DNA of 64,000 bases from an uncultured Chloroflexia bacterium (GCA_963726315.1 CAVSBZ010000005.1:1794829-1858828); one strand, 5' to 3'; shown: positions 50,643 through 58,825, counted from the stretch's first letter. Notes: generated by a model from the sequence alone, not told the origin. A program made the numbers and translations.

Positions 50643-50980
50643 TTACGAAAATAGTATAGCACATCTGTTCTGTTTCCACAAGGGGTTTAAGAGATTTAAG
50701 GGAAGCGTAGGGTAGCGGTCTGTAAAGCAGCAGCGTGATTTCTGATCGGTCTCTGACCGATGTGGAAGTCTTATTCGGGAGCATCTCCGGCAATGGCGCG
50801 ATGACCCAGCGCGTTGGCATCAATGCCGATGGCACCCAGGTGCTGCAGATTTTGCGCGCGACAATCTTACCCGTGGCGGATATTTATGGTCAAACCGATG
50901 ACGAATTTGCCCAGCCAGACGCTCATTCTGCCTTCTGGCGTCATTTTTGGCCTTAGAAAAGCAGAATGTCATAGGGTATT

Positions 50981-51017
50981 GCAAAAATAACAGGAGGGGA
51001 GTTCATCCCCTCCTGTT
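50981..51017 (-). terminator. Rho-independent terminator downstream of the 51155-52177 gene
   Basis: 12-bp stem AACAGGAGGGGA / TCCCCTCCTGTT with loop GTTCA. On the minus strand it is followed by ATTTTTGC. Confidence 0.5.
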
Positions 51018-51154
51018 ATGCCGCCGTATATGGTCCAATCGAGGAAATCATTCACCGGCTGAAATGATCCATTCTCAGCGAGGGCATTGGAGAACAATTC
51101 CAGGGTTATTCAGAGGACTTCGTGTTGCTCTTGGGAAACCCAGCGGACTACCAA

Positions 51155-52177
51155 CTACCTGGTAAAGTGGAAGGTGTTGACGATCATTGTATACACGTCT
51201 TCCATCTGCTGGTACGCAGGAGCCAGCGTGGTGTCGGGCACGAACATCATCCAATAAAGCTGGTCGTTGTGGACCATGTACAGCCGGCGGTTAATATCTT
51301 GCCCGGTCAACCCGCCGACGGAATAGGCTGGCTCACCATCGATTTCCATCACCGTGATGTCGCCTCCGGTGTACCCGGGACCCATCACAGACTTGTTATC
51401 CTCAGCGATCGCAGTGGCAACCTGCTCAGCCGTGCGCCCATTTGCCGGCTCGACGAAGATGGTGGCTGCCGCGCGATCATCGCTTGGATGACCCTCTCCC
51501 GGTGCCAGGAACATGACTTCACTGTCACTTGGGTTTAAAACCTCGTAATCTTTGGGCAGGAACATGCTGAAACCGAGGGCATCATCTGTGTATGCCTGTA
51601 TACCGCCGACGCGTGCCCCGCTGAAGCCGCCCTTTATCTGCATCCAGCCGTGCCATTTCAGGCTGTCTGCAGGCTCCATGGTGACGAACAGGATGGCCTC
51701 GTCGCGCCCATCTTTACCCCAGCCGCTAACCAGGTACGCATACATGACACCCAACTCGCTGCCAGGAATGGAGAGCGGATCGATGCCACCCATCAGGGTT
51801 TTGAGGTCGGCATCCTTGACCAACTCCAGCTTGTTATCTGTGCCCAACTGGTCAGCATAAAGGAAATATATGGCCTCATCGGGTGAACTCTCGGATTGGT
51901 TGAAGCGCCATGTGCTCTCCAGGAAAGGATTGGTCATCCACTGCTGCAGCTTTCCGGTATTGTGCGCGGTCAGTGCCTGGAGCAGCGCGGGCAGAAAGGA
52001 TTCTGGGTCGGTAAAGATTTCGGGGTTATCAACACCAACCGCCGAGTCGGTTGTGACCGGGGTGGGAACATTTACATTGCTTGTCACCGGTTGGATCGTC
52101 TGCGCACAGCTAGAAAGGAGCAATGCGAAGATCAGCAAGAGCGGTGTGAGGATGTGGATTGTGTGTTTGGAAGCCAT
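51155..52177 (-). CDS. Hypothetical secreted lipoprotein
   Basis: ATG 52177 (AAGGAA 6 nt upstream) gives MASKHTIHILTPLLLIFALLLSSC with a lipobox. 340 aa and no recognisable catalytic motif. Confidence 0.6.
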   Translation of the reverse strand: MASKHTIHILTPLLLIFALLLSSCAQTIQPVTSNVNVPTPVTTDSAVGVDNPEIFTDPESFLPALLQALTAHNTGKLQQWMTNPFLESTWRFNQSESSPDEAIYFLYADQLGTDNKLELVKDADLKTLMGGIDPLSIPGSELGVMYAYLVSGWGKDGRDEAILFVTMEPADSLKWHGWMQIKGGFSGARVGGIQAYTDDALGFSMFLPKDYEVLNPSDSEVMFLAPGEGHPSDDRAAATIFVEPANGRTAEQVATAIAEDNKSVMGPGYTGGDITVMEIDGEPAYSVGGLTGQDINRRLYMVHNDQLYWMMFVPDTTLAPAYQQMEDVYTMIVNTFHFTR

Positions 52178-52383
52178 AGCATTTCCTTTAGACCTGAAGA
52201 TAAACAATGATCAGATTTTTATCAATATTACACATGAGGCTGCTGCCAGCCGCATGTATCTTCAGATATTATGACGAAAAATAATCTAGATAAGTTCCGT
52301 GATCTGTGAATATTCTCTTTTAACCTGCAACAAAGGAAAGAATGTTCTAATTTCCAAGGGTGGAAGCGCTTGAAAATTCCACT

Positions 52384-52467
52384 GCCTTATGGTCAGAGCG
52401 CCTGCCTTCGGATCAGAGGTTGTGCACCCTTGACGGGTATCCGGTTCGAATCCCGCCGGGGGCGCCA
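52384..52467 (+). tRNA. Degenerate tRNA-derived sequence (Arg-TCG-like anticodon loop, long variable region, intact 3' T-loop/acceptor/CCA, no 5' acceptor strand)
   Basis: The 3' end GGTTCGAATCCCGCCGGGGGCGCCA is a canonical T-loop, 12 nt, G73 and CCA. Upstream, GCCT-TATGGTCA-GAGC is D-arm-like. CCTGC-CTTCGGA-TCAGA is an anticodon arm with 2 mismatches. A 22-nt variable region holds the ACCC/GGGT hairpin. The T stem pairs 3 of 5, and no GCCCCCG partner for the acceptor lies within 150 nt. Confidence 0.4.
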
Positions 52468-52782
52468 AGATATGGGGGATGACAGTTGATTTACCGCCAC
52501 ATATAGCCATAGTTGCAAAGGTTAACAAATAGTTTAGCGCCATTTTAGCGCCATTAATTAATTCTCGAAATGGAGCGTGTGGAAAATAGATCGGCGTCCT
52601 ACATCCCCTGGAAACCGATCTTATGGGTTAACCGAGGGCACTACTATCAGCTCATTCGTATAAGATCGATCAGTAATAGAAATTACCTCTAATTAATGGA
52701 TCTATTAAATCTTAATGTTTGGTATGATATACATCAAATTCGCAGTAGAAATATTTGAAAATATTCCACGTAGAGACATAAC

Positions 52783-53766
52783 ATGAAACGAATCCAGATC
52801 GAAGCATGGGCATTGGAAATTATTGATCGTGTTAATTCCAAAAATCCAATTGAAGACTTTCGTGTAGAGTTGAAAACTGAATGGCCTGATCCTCGAAGAG
52901 CGGCCAGAAGAATAGCAGGTCATGCCAATGCAGCAAGAGGGGAATCCATACTTTGGTTAATTGGGGTCGATGAAGATAAAGGAGTGAAAGGAGCGACCAA
53001 AGAAGAATTAGCCAATTGGTTTATATCTGTTCAAGCAGAATTTGATATGGTAGTTCCAACTATGATTGACCTTACTATACCTATAGACGGAAAAACTATT
53101 GTTGCTTTATATTTTGAAACCGACCGAGCTCCTTATGTTATTAAAAATCCTCTGTTTGGCATAGAAAAAGGTGGACCAATTTCTCACGAAACACCTTGGA
53201 GAGAAGGTACAAGTATAAGAAGCGCACGACGGTCTGATCTATTAAAACTGCTAATACCAATTATGTATGTACCTGAAATAGAGGTTCTTGATGGAGATCT
53301 TACTTTATTAGCAGATAAAGAAGGAAATTGGTATTGGAATCTTCACTGTTCTACATATATTACACCCCAAATTGGCTATCCCTGTGTATTACCATTTCAT
53401 CGATGTGAAGCATCTTTCGAAATAGTTAATCTAGTCGAAAAAACTGATTTCGTAAATATTAGATTAGTCCCTCCATATACCTATCAACATAGTTGGTCAA
53501 CTGGTCCTTCTCAAAATGTATCCGATTCTCTTACAATTAGTCATACTGGATCCGAAGCGATCATTGAGGGACCCGGACGACTAAATATTACTGGAGGAGG
53601 CGAGTCAAAATCAACAATTATCAATTTTGACAATTCGGTAGCAAAATTAATAATTAAGATTAGTATATCTCATTCTGATAAAGCAATTCAACTTAACGAG
53701 ACATTATATTGGCGTGTTCCGGACGGAAATACTGTTGGGAAATGGATTATAAATAGATCAACCTAA
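52783..53766 (+). CDS. Hypothetical protein with N-terminal AlbA_2/Schlafen-type putative DNA-binding domain; low-GC gene
   Basis: 327 aa. EDFRVELKTEW...IAGHANAARGESILWLIGVDEDKGVKG...IVALYFETDRAPYVIKN...WREGTSIRSARRSDLLKLL follows the AlbA_2 pattern. The C-terminal 150 aa or so is unassignable. Visibly AT-rich relative to neighbours. Confidence 0.55.
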   Translation: MKRIQIEAWALEIIDRVNSKNPIEDFRVELKTEWPDPRRAARRIAGHANAARGESILWLIGVDEDKGVKGATKEELANWFISVQAEFDMVVPTMIDLTIPIDGKTIVALYFETDRAPYVIKNPLFGIEKGGPISHETPWREGTSIRSARRSDLLKLLIPIMYVPEIEVLDGDLTLLADKEGNWYWNLHCSTYITPQIGYPCVLPFHRCEASFEIVNLVEKTDFVNIRLVPPYTYQHSWSTGPSQNVSDSLTISHTGSEAIIEGPGRLNITGGGESKSTIINFDNSVAKLIIKISISHSDKAIQLNETLYWRVPDGNTVGKWIINRST

Positions 53767-54209
53767 CTATGCTAAAAGTTGACACCGGGGATTCACCCAG
53801 AGACTGATCTAAGACAGATTTCAGACAGATCGGTAACTGCTCAGCTCTTTTCTCTTTTTAGATCCCTGAGATCAATCGGGATCGGAGTGAGAATATCATC
53901 CATCAGGCGAGCTGCCTCATCCTGGGTCCTTGGAATATTGCTAGCAAAGTAAGCAAAGCGAGCTAAGTGTGCATAGCAAGTCTTAAGATCGCCAGGTAGT
54001 GACCCAGCATCCGCCTAAAAACGGGGCAGCCGCCTAGAAATCAGGCTGCCCGGGAAGAACACCAGGATCCATAGAACGGAGTGGCGTGATCCCAGCCACG
54101 ATCATCGATGTATAATATTTATTAGGCCTATATACAGCTAAATATTCAGCAAGGTGGCATATTATGAACTAATTAGGCGGCTTGTTTGCGGATTTCAGGA
54201 GCAATAAGT

Positions 54210-54698
54210 GTGGCGACTCTACATTTGATGGTTGGACTACCTTGTTCAGGAAAAACAACACTTGCTCAAAGGCTTGAGAGTGAGAAAGCTGCGCTTCGTT
54301 TGACGCCCGATGAATGGCAAGTGCGTCTCTTCGGCCAAGATGCAGAAGAGCCAGAACACGATGCCAGGCATAGTCTTATCGAGACTCTGCTATGGAAGAT
54401 AGCAAGTAGAGCGCTTGTATTGGGAACGAATGTGATCCTCGATTATGGGTTCTGGGCACGAGAGGATCGCGAAGATTTCCGGTGGCGAGCCAAGCAGCTT
54501 GGAGCGAGCAGTGAAGTGCATTTTCTCGATGCGCCGGAGGAGGAGTTGATGCAACGTCTTGCGGTTAGGAATTCGCAGGATGCGCAGGAGAGTTTCCATA
54601 TTCCCGAAAAGGCGATAAAACAATGGACTGCGTTCTTCCAGAGACCAACAACCGACGAACTTGAGCGCAGAGAACAAAGGAAAGGGAGAAAACTATAA
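54210..54698 (+). CDS. Small P-loop kinase (AAA_33 / zeta-toxin-like NTPase family)
   Basis: GTG 54210 (AGGAG 8 nt upstream) gives VATLHLMVGLPCSGKTTLA with a Walker A motif, 162 aa. The track start is TTG 54186. Confidence 0.65.
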   Translation: MATLHLMVGLPCSGKTTLAQRLESEKAALRLTPDEWQVRLFGQDAEEPEHDARHSLIETLLWKIASRALVLGTNVILDYGFWAREDREDFRWRAKQLGASSEVHFLDAPEEELMQRLAVRNSQDAQESFHIPEKAIKQWTAFFQRPTTDELERREQRKGRKL

Positions 54699-54878
54699 CA
54701 CCGCTTATCAACACACTGCAGCGGACTCTTTTTCAGTTGCTGCGCTCCTCCCTCCTCACCGCTGAGCTAGAATCATTGGATAATTCCCTTGCACATGATA
54801 TCTCACCAATCTGACTGATTGCTGATGTATCGCTTAGACGGGTTATGAAAATTGGTGATATTCATTAATGGGTGAGTA

Positions 54879-55058
54879 TTATTTTGGTTTTTCTACAAAA
54901 TTCTCCTCCTCCACAGGTTGTTCCTGTAAGCCTTTTCGAAAGGAGCTTATTCCTCGCCCCAATTCACCAGAAATCTTGCTAATTCTACCAACACCAAAAA
55001 GCAAGACAACGATGGTCAACAAAATCAGTAATTCCGGTACTCCAAGTCTGACTGGCAT
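54879..55058 (-). CDS. tatA: Twin-arginine translocase subunit TatA (59 aa, below the ORF-track cutoff)
   Basis: The reverse strand reads MPVRLGVPELLILLTIVVLLFGVGRISKISGELGRGISSFRKGLQEQPVEEENFVEKPK*. GGAGGA 7 nt upstream. TM helix, FG hinge and amphipathic helix are typical of TatA/E. The plus-strand ORF 54868-55137 is its shadow. Confidence 0.8.
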   Translation of the reverse strand: MPVRLGVPELLILLTIVVLLFGVGRISKISGELGRGISSFRKGLQEQPVEEENFVEKPK

Positions 55059-55231
55059 GGTAAATTCCTCCGTTCCATTTTATCGATTTGGTAGTTTATT
55101 GTTCACATACCAGCGAATATTATTAAATCATTTGTAGGTATCTAAGCAAAAAAGTACCCATTCATTATTTTCAGATAGCTAAACGACCCAAATTCCATTT
55201 CATAGTGAAATAATCTCATCAGATAATTATT

Positions 55232-57343
55232 TTATGGACCAATATACGTTGTACGTGTAGACGAAAAAACATCGAAGTATTCCGTACCGAGCGTTCCTGA
55301 TGGCACGGCCTGTGGACCTAGAAGTACGTCCTCAAGTCGATAGCCTCCATTGGCAACCCCATTGACGGTTTGCTTGAGAGACCCATCCAGCCACAAGCTG
55401 ACGGCTCCATCGGTGCCTTTGGCAGTTGAAGCAGCTTTCCAAGCCAGTTCAATTGCGTGGGGTGAGTTGCTGATGGAGTACCAGCTGCTCGTAACGGTTT
55501 TCCCGCTGCCGGTTAAGGTCGCTACCCGCACCTGGTAGGCACCTGAAACCAGCTGCAGCTGGACGCGCAGGATCACCGAGCCGGAGGCAGTGCGGCCTGT
55601 GAAAATATCTTGGACCTTGTTCCTGGGCAGGCTGACCCCATTGGGTGAGAAGTAAAACCGAGCGTGATAAGCGGGTTCAGCCAAGGGGGAGGTATCCTGA
55701 ACATAGATGGACTTTGTGCTGTTGATGACCGCCAGCATGCCTTGCGACCCGCTCATGGCAGCTTGCGGACCGACACTTAACCTGCCACCATCGGTCACTG
55801 CCGCGGTCCAGCGGCTGAAATCACCTGATTCAAACCCATCTGTGAAGATGTTATCGATAACCGGAGTGGGGGTCGGTGAAGGTGTGCTGGTCGGGGGTGG
55901 AGTTGGGGAGGAAGTTTCCGTTGGGAGTGGAGTGGCCGTTGCAGTTGGTAGCGGGGTAGGTGTAACACGGTTTCCAGCTGCCAGCCAGTTATAGGCGGCC
56001 AGCGCATCGATCAGACCATAGCCATAATCATTGTCAGGGCCTGTTAAGCCTCTGTCGAAGGCAGTGTTCAGCAGAGCAGCAGACTGTGACTCAGTGGTGA
56101 TGCCCGGAAAAGCGCTGAGAAGCAAGGCCAGGGCTCCGGAAACATGCGGTGCAGCCAGTGAAGTGCCGCTTTGCTGGGCGTACAGGCTATACAGGTCGGT
56201 GGTAAGGATGTTCGCCCCAGGCGCAACTGCCTCCGGATAGATGCTGGACGTCTCACCGCAGGTAGACGGTCCGCGACTGCTGAAAGATTGGATCGCGCCA
56301 GTGTTATCCACGGCGCCGACAGCAAAAGCTTCGGGGTAATTGGCAGGGCTGACACTGGTAGAGGCATTGGGTCCATAATTACCAGCTGCGAAGACAGGCA
56401 GGATGCCTGCCAGGCGCAGTGCCATGAGGTCGTTTTGGAATTCGAGGTTGCAGCCTGGCGAACTATAGGACCAGGAATTATTGATCACCTGGGGGGCATC
56501 AGGTGTGGATGGATTGCCGTCAGGGTCAAGCAGCCACTGAAATCCGAGATGAATGGCGGTAGCGGTGGCGGCGCCGCTGTCGTTGAAGATCTTCACAGCA
56601 ATCCACCTGGCTCCGGGAGCCACACCCAAGGCGGTGCCGGAGGCATCGCCAGCTACCATCACCCCCATGGTCCAGGTGCCGTGGCCAGTAATGTCGGTAG
56701 GCGTGGTAGGGTGCTGGTTATAGGGATCATACCAGCTGTCGTCACCTCCTCGCCAGCGGGTAGCCAGGTCAGGGTGGTTCAGGTCGACACCAGTATCCAT
56801 GTTTGCCACTACCACACCCTGACCAGTATCACCCAGGCTCCATAGATCGGGGGCGTGGATGGCAGTCAGGTTGTCAGCTGGGACAGCTTCCGCGACATTT
56901 CCAACCGGAACAATGTCGGTAGCATCAGAGGTGATGCTGGCGACTTCAGGACGGTCAGCCAGTGCCTGGATTACTGCTGGGGTGGCTGTGACTGAGAGTC
57001 CGTTAAACACCCAGAAGGGGATGATGTTAATTGCACGTCCCTGGGCTTGTTCAGCTGCTAGTTGAGCTAAAAGTCCCGCCTGCTTCTCACGAGCCAAACC
57101 TTGCAAGCCGTGGATAACAGCCATCTGGTTGGGTAGATTCTGGAGAGCGGAGATATCCGGTCGATATTGGTCCCTCAGGGTGACAATGACCGTGACCATC
57201 TGCCCGGCGGGGAGGCCGTCCATCTGTTCCTGCACCTGGGGAGCTATCTTGGCATCCGCGGAACCCGCCTGGGCTTCCCGGCTCACAAAGAGATATGATA
57301 TAACGCTCACAATGATAACGAGTAAAGGGATGATCTTTTTCAT
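55232..57343 (-). CDS. Secreted S8 (subtilisin-like) serine peptidase with P/T-rich linker and C-terminal beta-sandwich-like domain
   Basis: ATG 57343 (AGGGAG upstream) gives MKKIIPLLVIIVSVISYLFVSREAQA as signal peptide. Catalytic D (VVVANMDTGV), H (HGTWTMG) and S (SGTSLAAPHVSG). Linker TPTPLPTATATPLPTETSSPTPPPTSTPSPTPTP. Confidence 0.85.
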   Translation of the reverse strand: MKKIIPLLVIIVSVISYLFVSREAQAGSADAKIAPQVQEQMDGLPAGQMVTVIVTLRDQYRPDISALQNLPNQMAVIHGLQGLAREKQAGLLAQLAAEQAQGRAINIIPFWVFNGLSVTATPAVIQALADRPEVASITSDATDIVPVGNVAEAVPADNLTAIHAPDLWSLGDTGQGVVVANMDTGVDLNHPDLATRWRGGDDSWYDPYNQHPTTPTDITGHGTWTMGVMVAGDASGTALGVAPGARWIAVKIFNDSGAATATAIHLGFQWLLDPDGNPSTPDAPQVINNSWSYSSPGCNLEFQNDLMALRLAGILPVFAAGNYGPNASTSVSPANYPEAFAVGAVDNTGAIQSFSSRGPSTCGETSSIYPEAVAPGANILTTDLYSLYAQQSGTSLAAPHVSGALALLLSAFPGITTESQSAALLNTAFDRGLTGPDNDYGYGLIDALAAYNWLAAGNRVTPTPLPTATATPLPTETSSPTPPPTSTPSPTPTPVIDNIFTDGFESGDFSRWTAAVTDGGRLSVGPQAAMSGSQGMLAVINSTKSIYVQDTSPLAEPAYHARFYFSPNGVSLPRNKVQDIFTGRTASGSVILRVQLQLVSGAYQVRVATLTGSGKTVTSSWYSISNSPHAIELAWKAASTAKGTDGAVSLWLDGSLKQTVNGVANGGYRLEDVLLGPQAVPSGTLGTEYFDVFSSTRTTYIGP

Positions 57344-57362
57344 AATCTTGTAAACTCCCTGG

Positions 57363-58212
57363 TCATTGAACAACCACTGGTTCGATGCGATGATTCCCAA
57401 ACACAAGGCTGACCGAAGAGCCCGATTGGATCACCTGTTAAGTCGGGAAGAAAATGATGTACTGTTTTCCTACTTTAAGCCTGTTGCCAGTGTGTGAATG
57501 CATATGAGGAGCCAACACCAGGAGTTGTTGATCGACTAATAACGCGGGCTTGATTTTTGAATAATTCCTGCGCTCTATCTGGTTCGATCACTTTCAAGCG
57601 TACGTCGACGATACTATCCAACATGGAAGTCGCGACCAATGATACCTGTACACCGTATCGCTCTTCCAATTCAGGTAATGTAATTGCCGGGGAGTCCATC
57701 ACTTGCTCAAGGCTGACGACATGCATACCATAAGTCATAGTCGCCGAAGTGTCCCAGCGATATACTGCAGTGCTGAACAGCACGAGAATAAGTACTCCAG
57801 TCGTGGGCAGGAGATATTGCTGCATTTTGACTGTTCCTAAGCTCGGCTGGGTAGCATTTATGGACCGCCATGGGCGAAGGCAGAATAGCAGCACAAACAG
57901 CACCTCTATTACCATGGCTGAGATCCCAAAGGGCATCAGCCACTCCTCCACTTCCATACCTGGCATTCCCAATGACCTGCTCCATATATACCCGGCTATC
58001 GAGGCTAGCGCCACGAACAGGCCAACCAGCCACCCCCACAATTCCTTACGATAGATACCGTAGGCAGCGATCAACGCCAGGACGAAATTGCCGACGAAGA
58101 GATAGCCCATATATACTGCCTCTTCGTATTCGCTCTGGGCGGTCATCAGATGCAGCAGTCCGGTCTCCAGGATAAGTACGATAGCCAACCAATTTAGAAA
58201 TCTTTTTTTCAT
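57363..58212 (-). pseudogene. Membrane protein (4-5 TM helices plus extracytoplasmic domain paralogous to 58251-58745), disrupted by one frameshift and one in-frame TAA
   Basis: ATG 58212 (AAGGAG 6 nt upstream). The as-read ORF stops at 57475. The +1 frame after the A5 run (57554-58) reads KPALLVDQQLLVLAPHMHSHTGNRLKVGKQYIIFFPT*QVIQSGSSVSLVFGNHRIEPVVVQ*. This aligns with FPALYTEQGVVLNAP...IKFITGGNLFIMYPN...VTILFGNISIEPIHAR of the neighbouring paralogue. 850 nt = 283 codons + 1 nt. Confidence 0.65.
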
Positions 58213-58250
58213 TATTTTCTCCTTAGAATAATCCACCAATCTCAACATAC

Positions 58251-58745
58251 CTACCTGGCATGGATTGGTTCAATGGAAATATTTCCGAATAAAATGGTCA
58301 CCGGTTTATCCTGGGTGACTGCGTTTCCGGAATTTGGGTACATGATGAAAAGATTTCCCCCGGTGATGAACTTTATCTCCTGCGATTTTGTTTCCGCAGG
58401 AGCGTTTAAAACAACTCCCTGCTCGGTATACAATGCTGGAAAGTTGTTCTTATCTGCCAACAGCAGTTTTAATTTCTCACCATCAACAATTTTCATGCGG
58501 ACATCCACAAATCCGCCAGCGGCAGTCACTGCAACCAGATTCACGCGCAGACCATACTTCTCTTCCAGGGTGTTCTGAGAAATCACCACAGCTCCCTTTG
58601 AAAGAGCTGCACCTTCAAATGCCCTGGAGAGGTTGACTGCATACAAGGAGATAGCGATCAATATGAACAGAATAATGACAATGGATATAAGTTTATTGGT
58701 TGAATTGCGTGACAATAAAGTGCGGTTGGGTTTCACGGCTTGCAT
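58251..58745 (-). CDS. N-terminally anchored protein of unknown function (paralogue of the C-terminal domain of 57363-58212)
   Basis: 164 aa. TM anchor LISIVIILFILIAISLYAV. LEEKYGLRVNLVAVTAAGGFVDVRMKIVDGEKL matches LEERYGVQVSLVATSMLDSIVDVRLKVIEPDRA in the next gene. AAGGAG upstream. Confidence 0.6.
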   Translation of the reverse strand: MQAVKPNRTLLSRNSTNKLISIVIILFILIAISLYAVNLSRAFEGAALSKGAVVISQNTLEEKYGLRVNLVAVTAAGGFVDVRMKIVDGEKLKLLLADKNNFPALYTEQGVVLNAPAETKSQEIKFITGGNLFIMYPNSGNAVTQDKPVTILFGNISIEPIHAR

Positions 58746-58825
58746 GGTTGTGTTGCTCCTTTTTTAGCTTAAAGCCCTGGATTTGAAACCAGGGATGCTC
58801 CACGAATTACCTCGAAAGAATTTGA

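Noticed and set aside
50735-50956. 73-aa ORF after the IS66 fragment (..GAMTQRVGINADGTQVLQILRATILPVADIYGQTDDEFAQPD..)
   Set aside because: It could be the 3' remnant of a gene disrupted by the IS. However, it has a GTG start, no RBS and no recognisable family, so it was not called as a feature.
52355-52467. tmRNA, tRNA-Sec or allo-tRNA interpretation of the tRNA-like element
   Set aside because: - tmRNA needs a G-rich 5' end pairing with a ...CCACCA-type 3' end and a G3:U70 pair; here the 3' strand is CGGGGGC with no partner.
- tRNA-Sec or allo-tRNA would need an 8-9 bp acceptor. The best candidate, GCCTT(A)TGG(T), needs three or four G-U pairs plus a bulge and leaves a 2-3 bp T stem, and the anticodon is TCG, not TCA.
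These readings are kept only as options to test with covariance models.
52286-52543. 85-aa minus-strand ORF
   Set aside because: It is a shadow over the tRNA-derived sequence (...PPAGFEPDTRQG... is the usual translation of a T-arm).
53841-54014. Reverse-strand open frame of 57 codons ending in TGA
   Set aside because: It has no start codon at its 5' end (it is bounded by TAG) and no family assignment. It is reported only as a probable gene remnant inside the low-GC islet finding.
54868-55137. Plus-strand 89-aa ORF
   Set aside because: It has no family features. The opposite strand encodes a textbook TatA with a strong RBS.
28437-57440. TAA reassignment or read-through code as an explanation for the two in-frame TAA codons
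   Set aside because: TAA is the apparent genuine stop of several well-delimited genes here (thrC, pckA, rpmF, prfB, the repaired csoR). Only two internal TAAs were seen.
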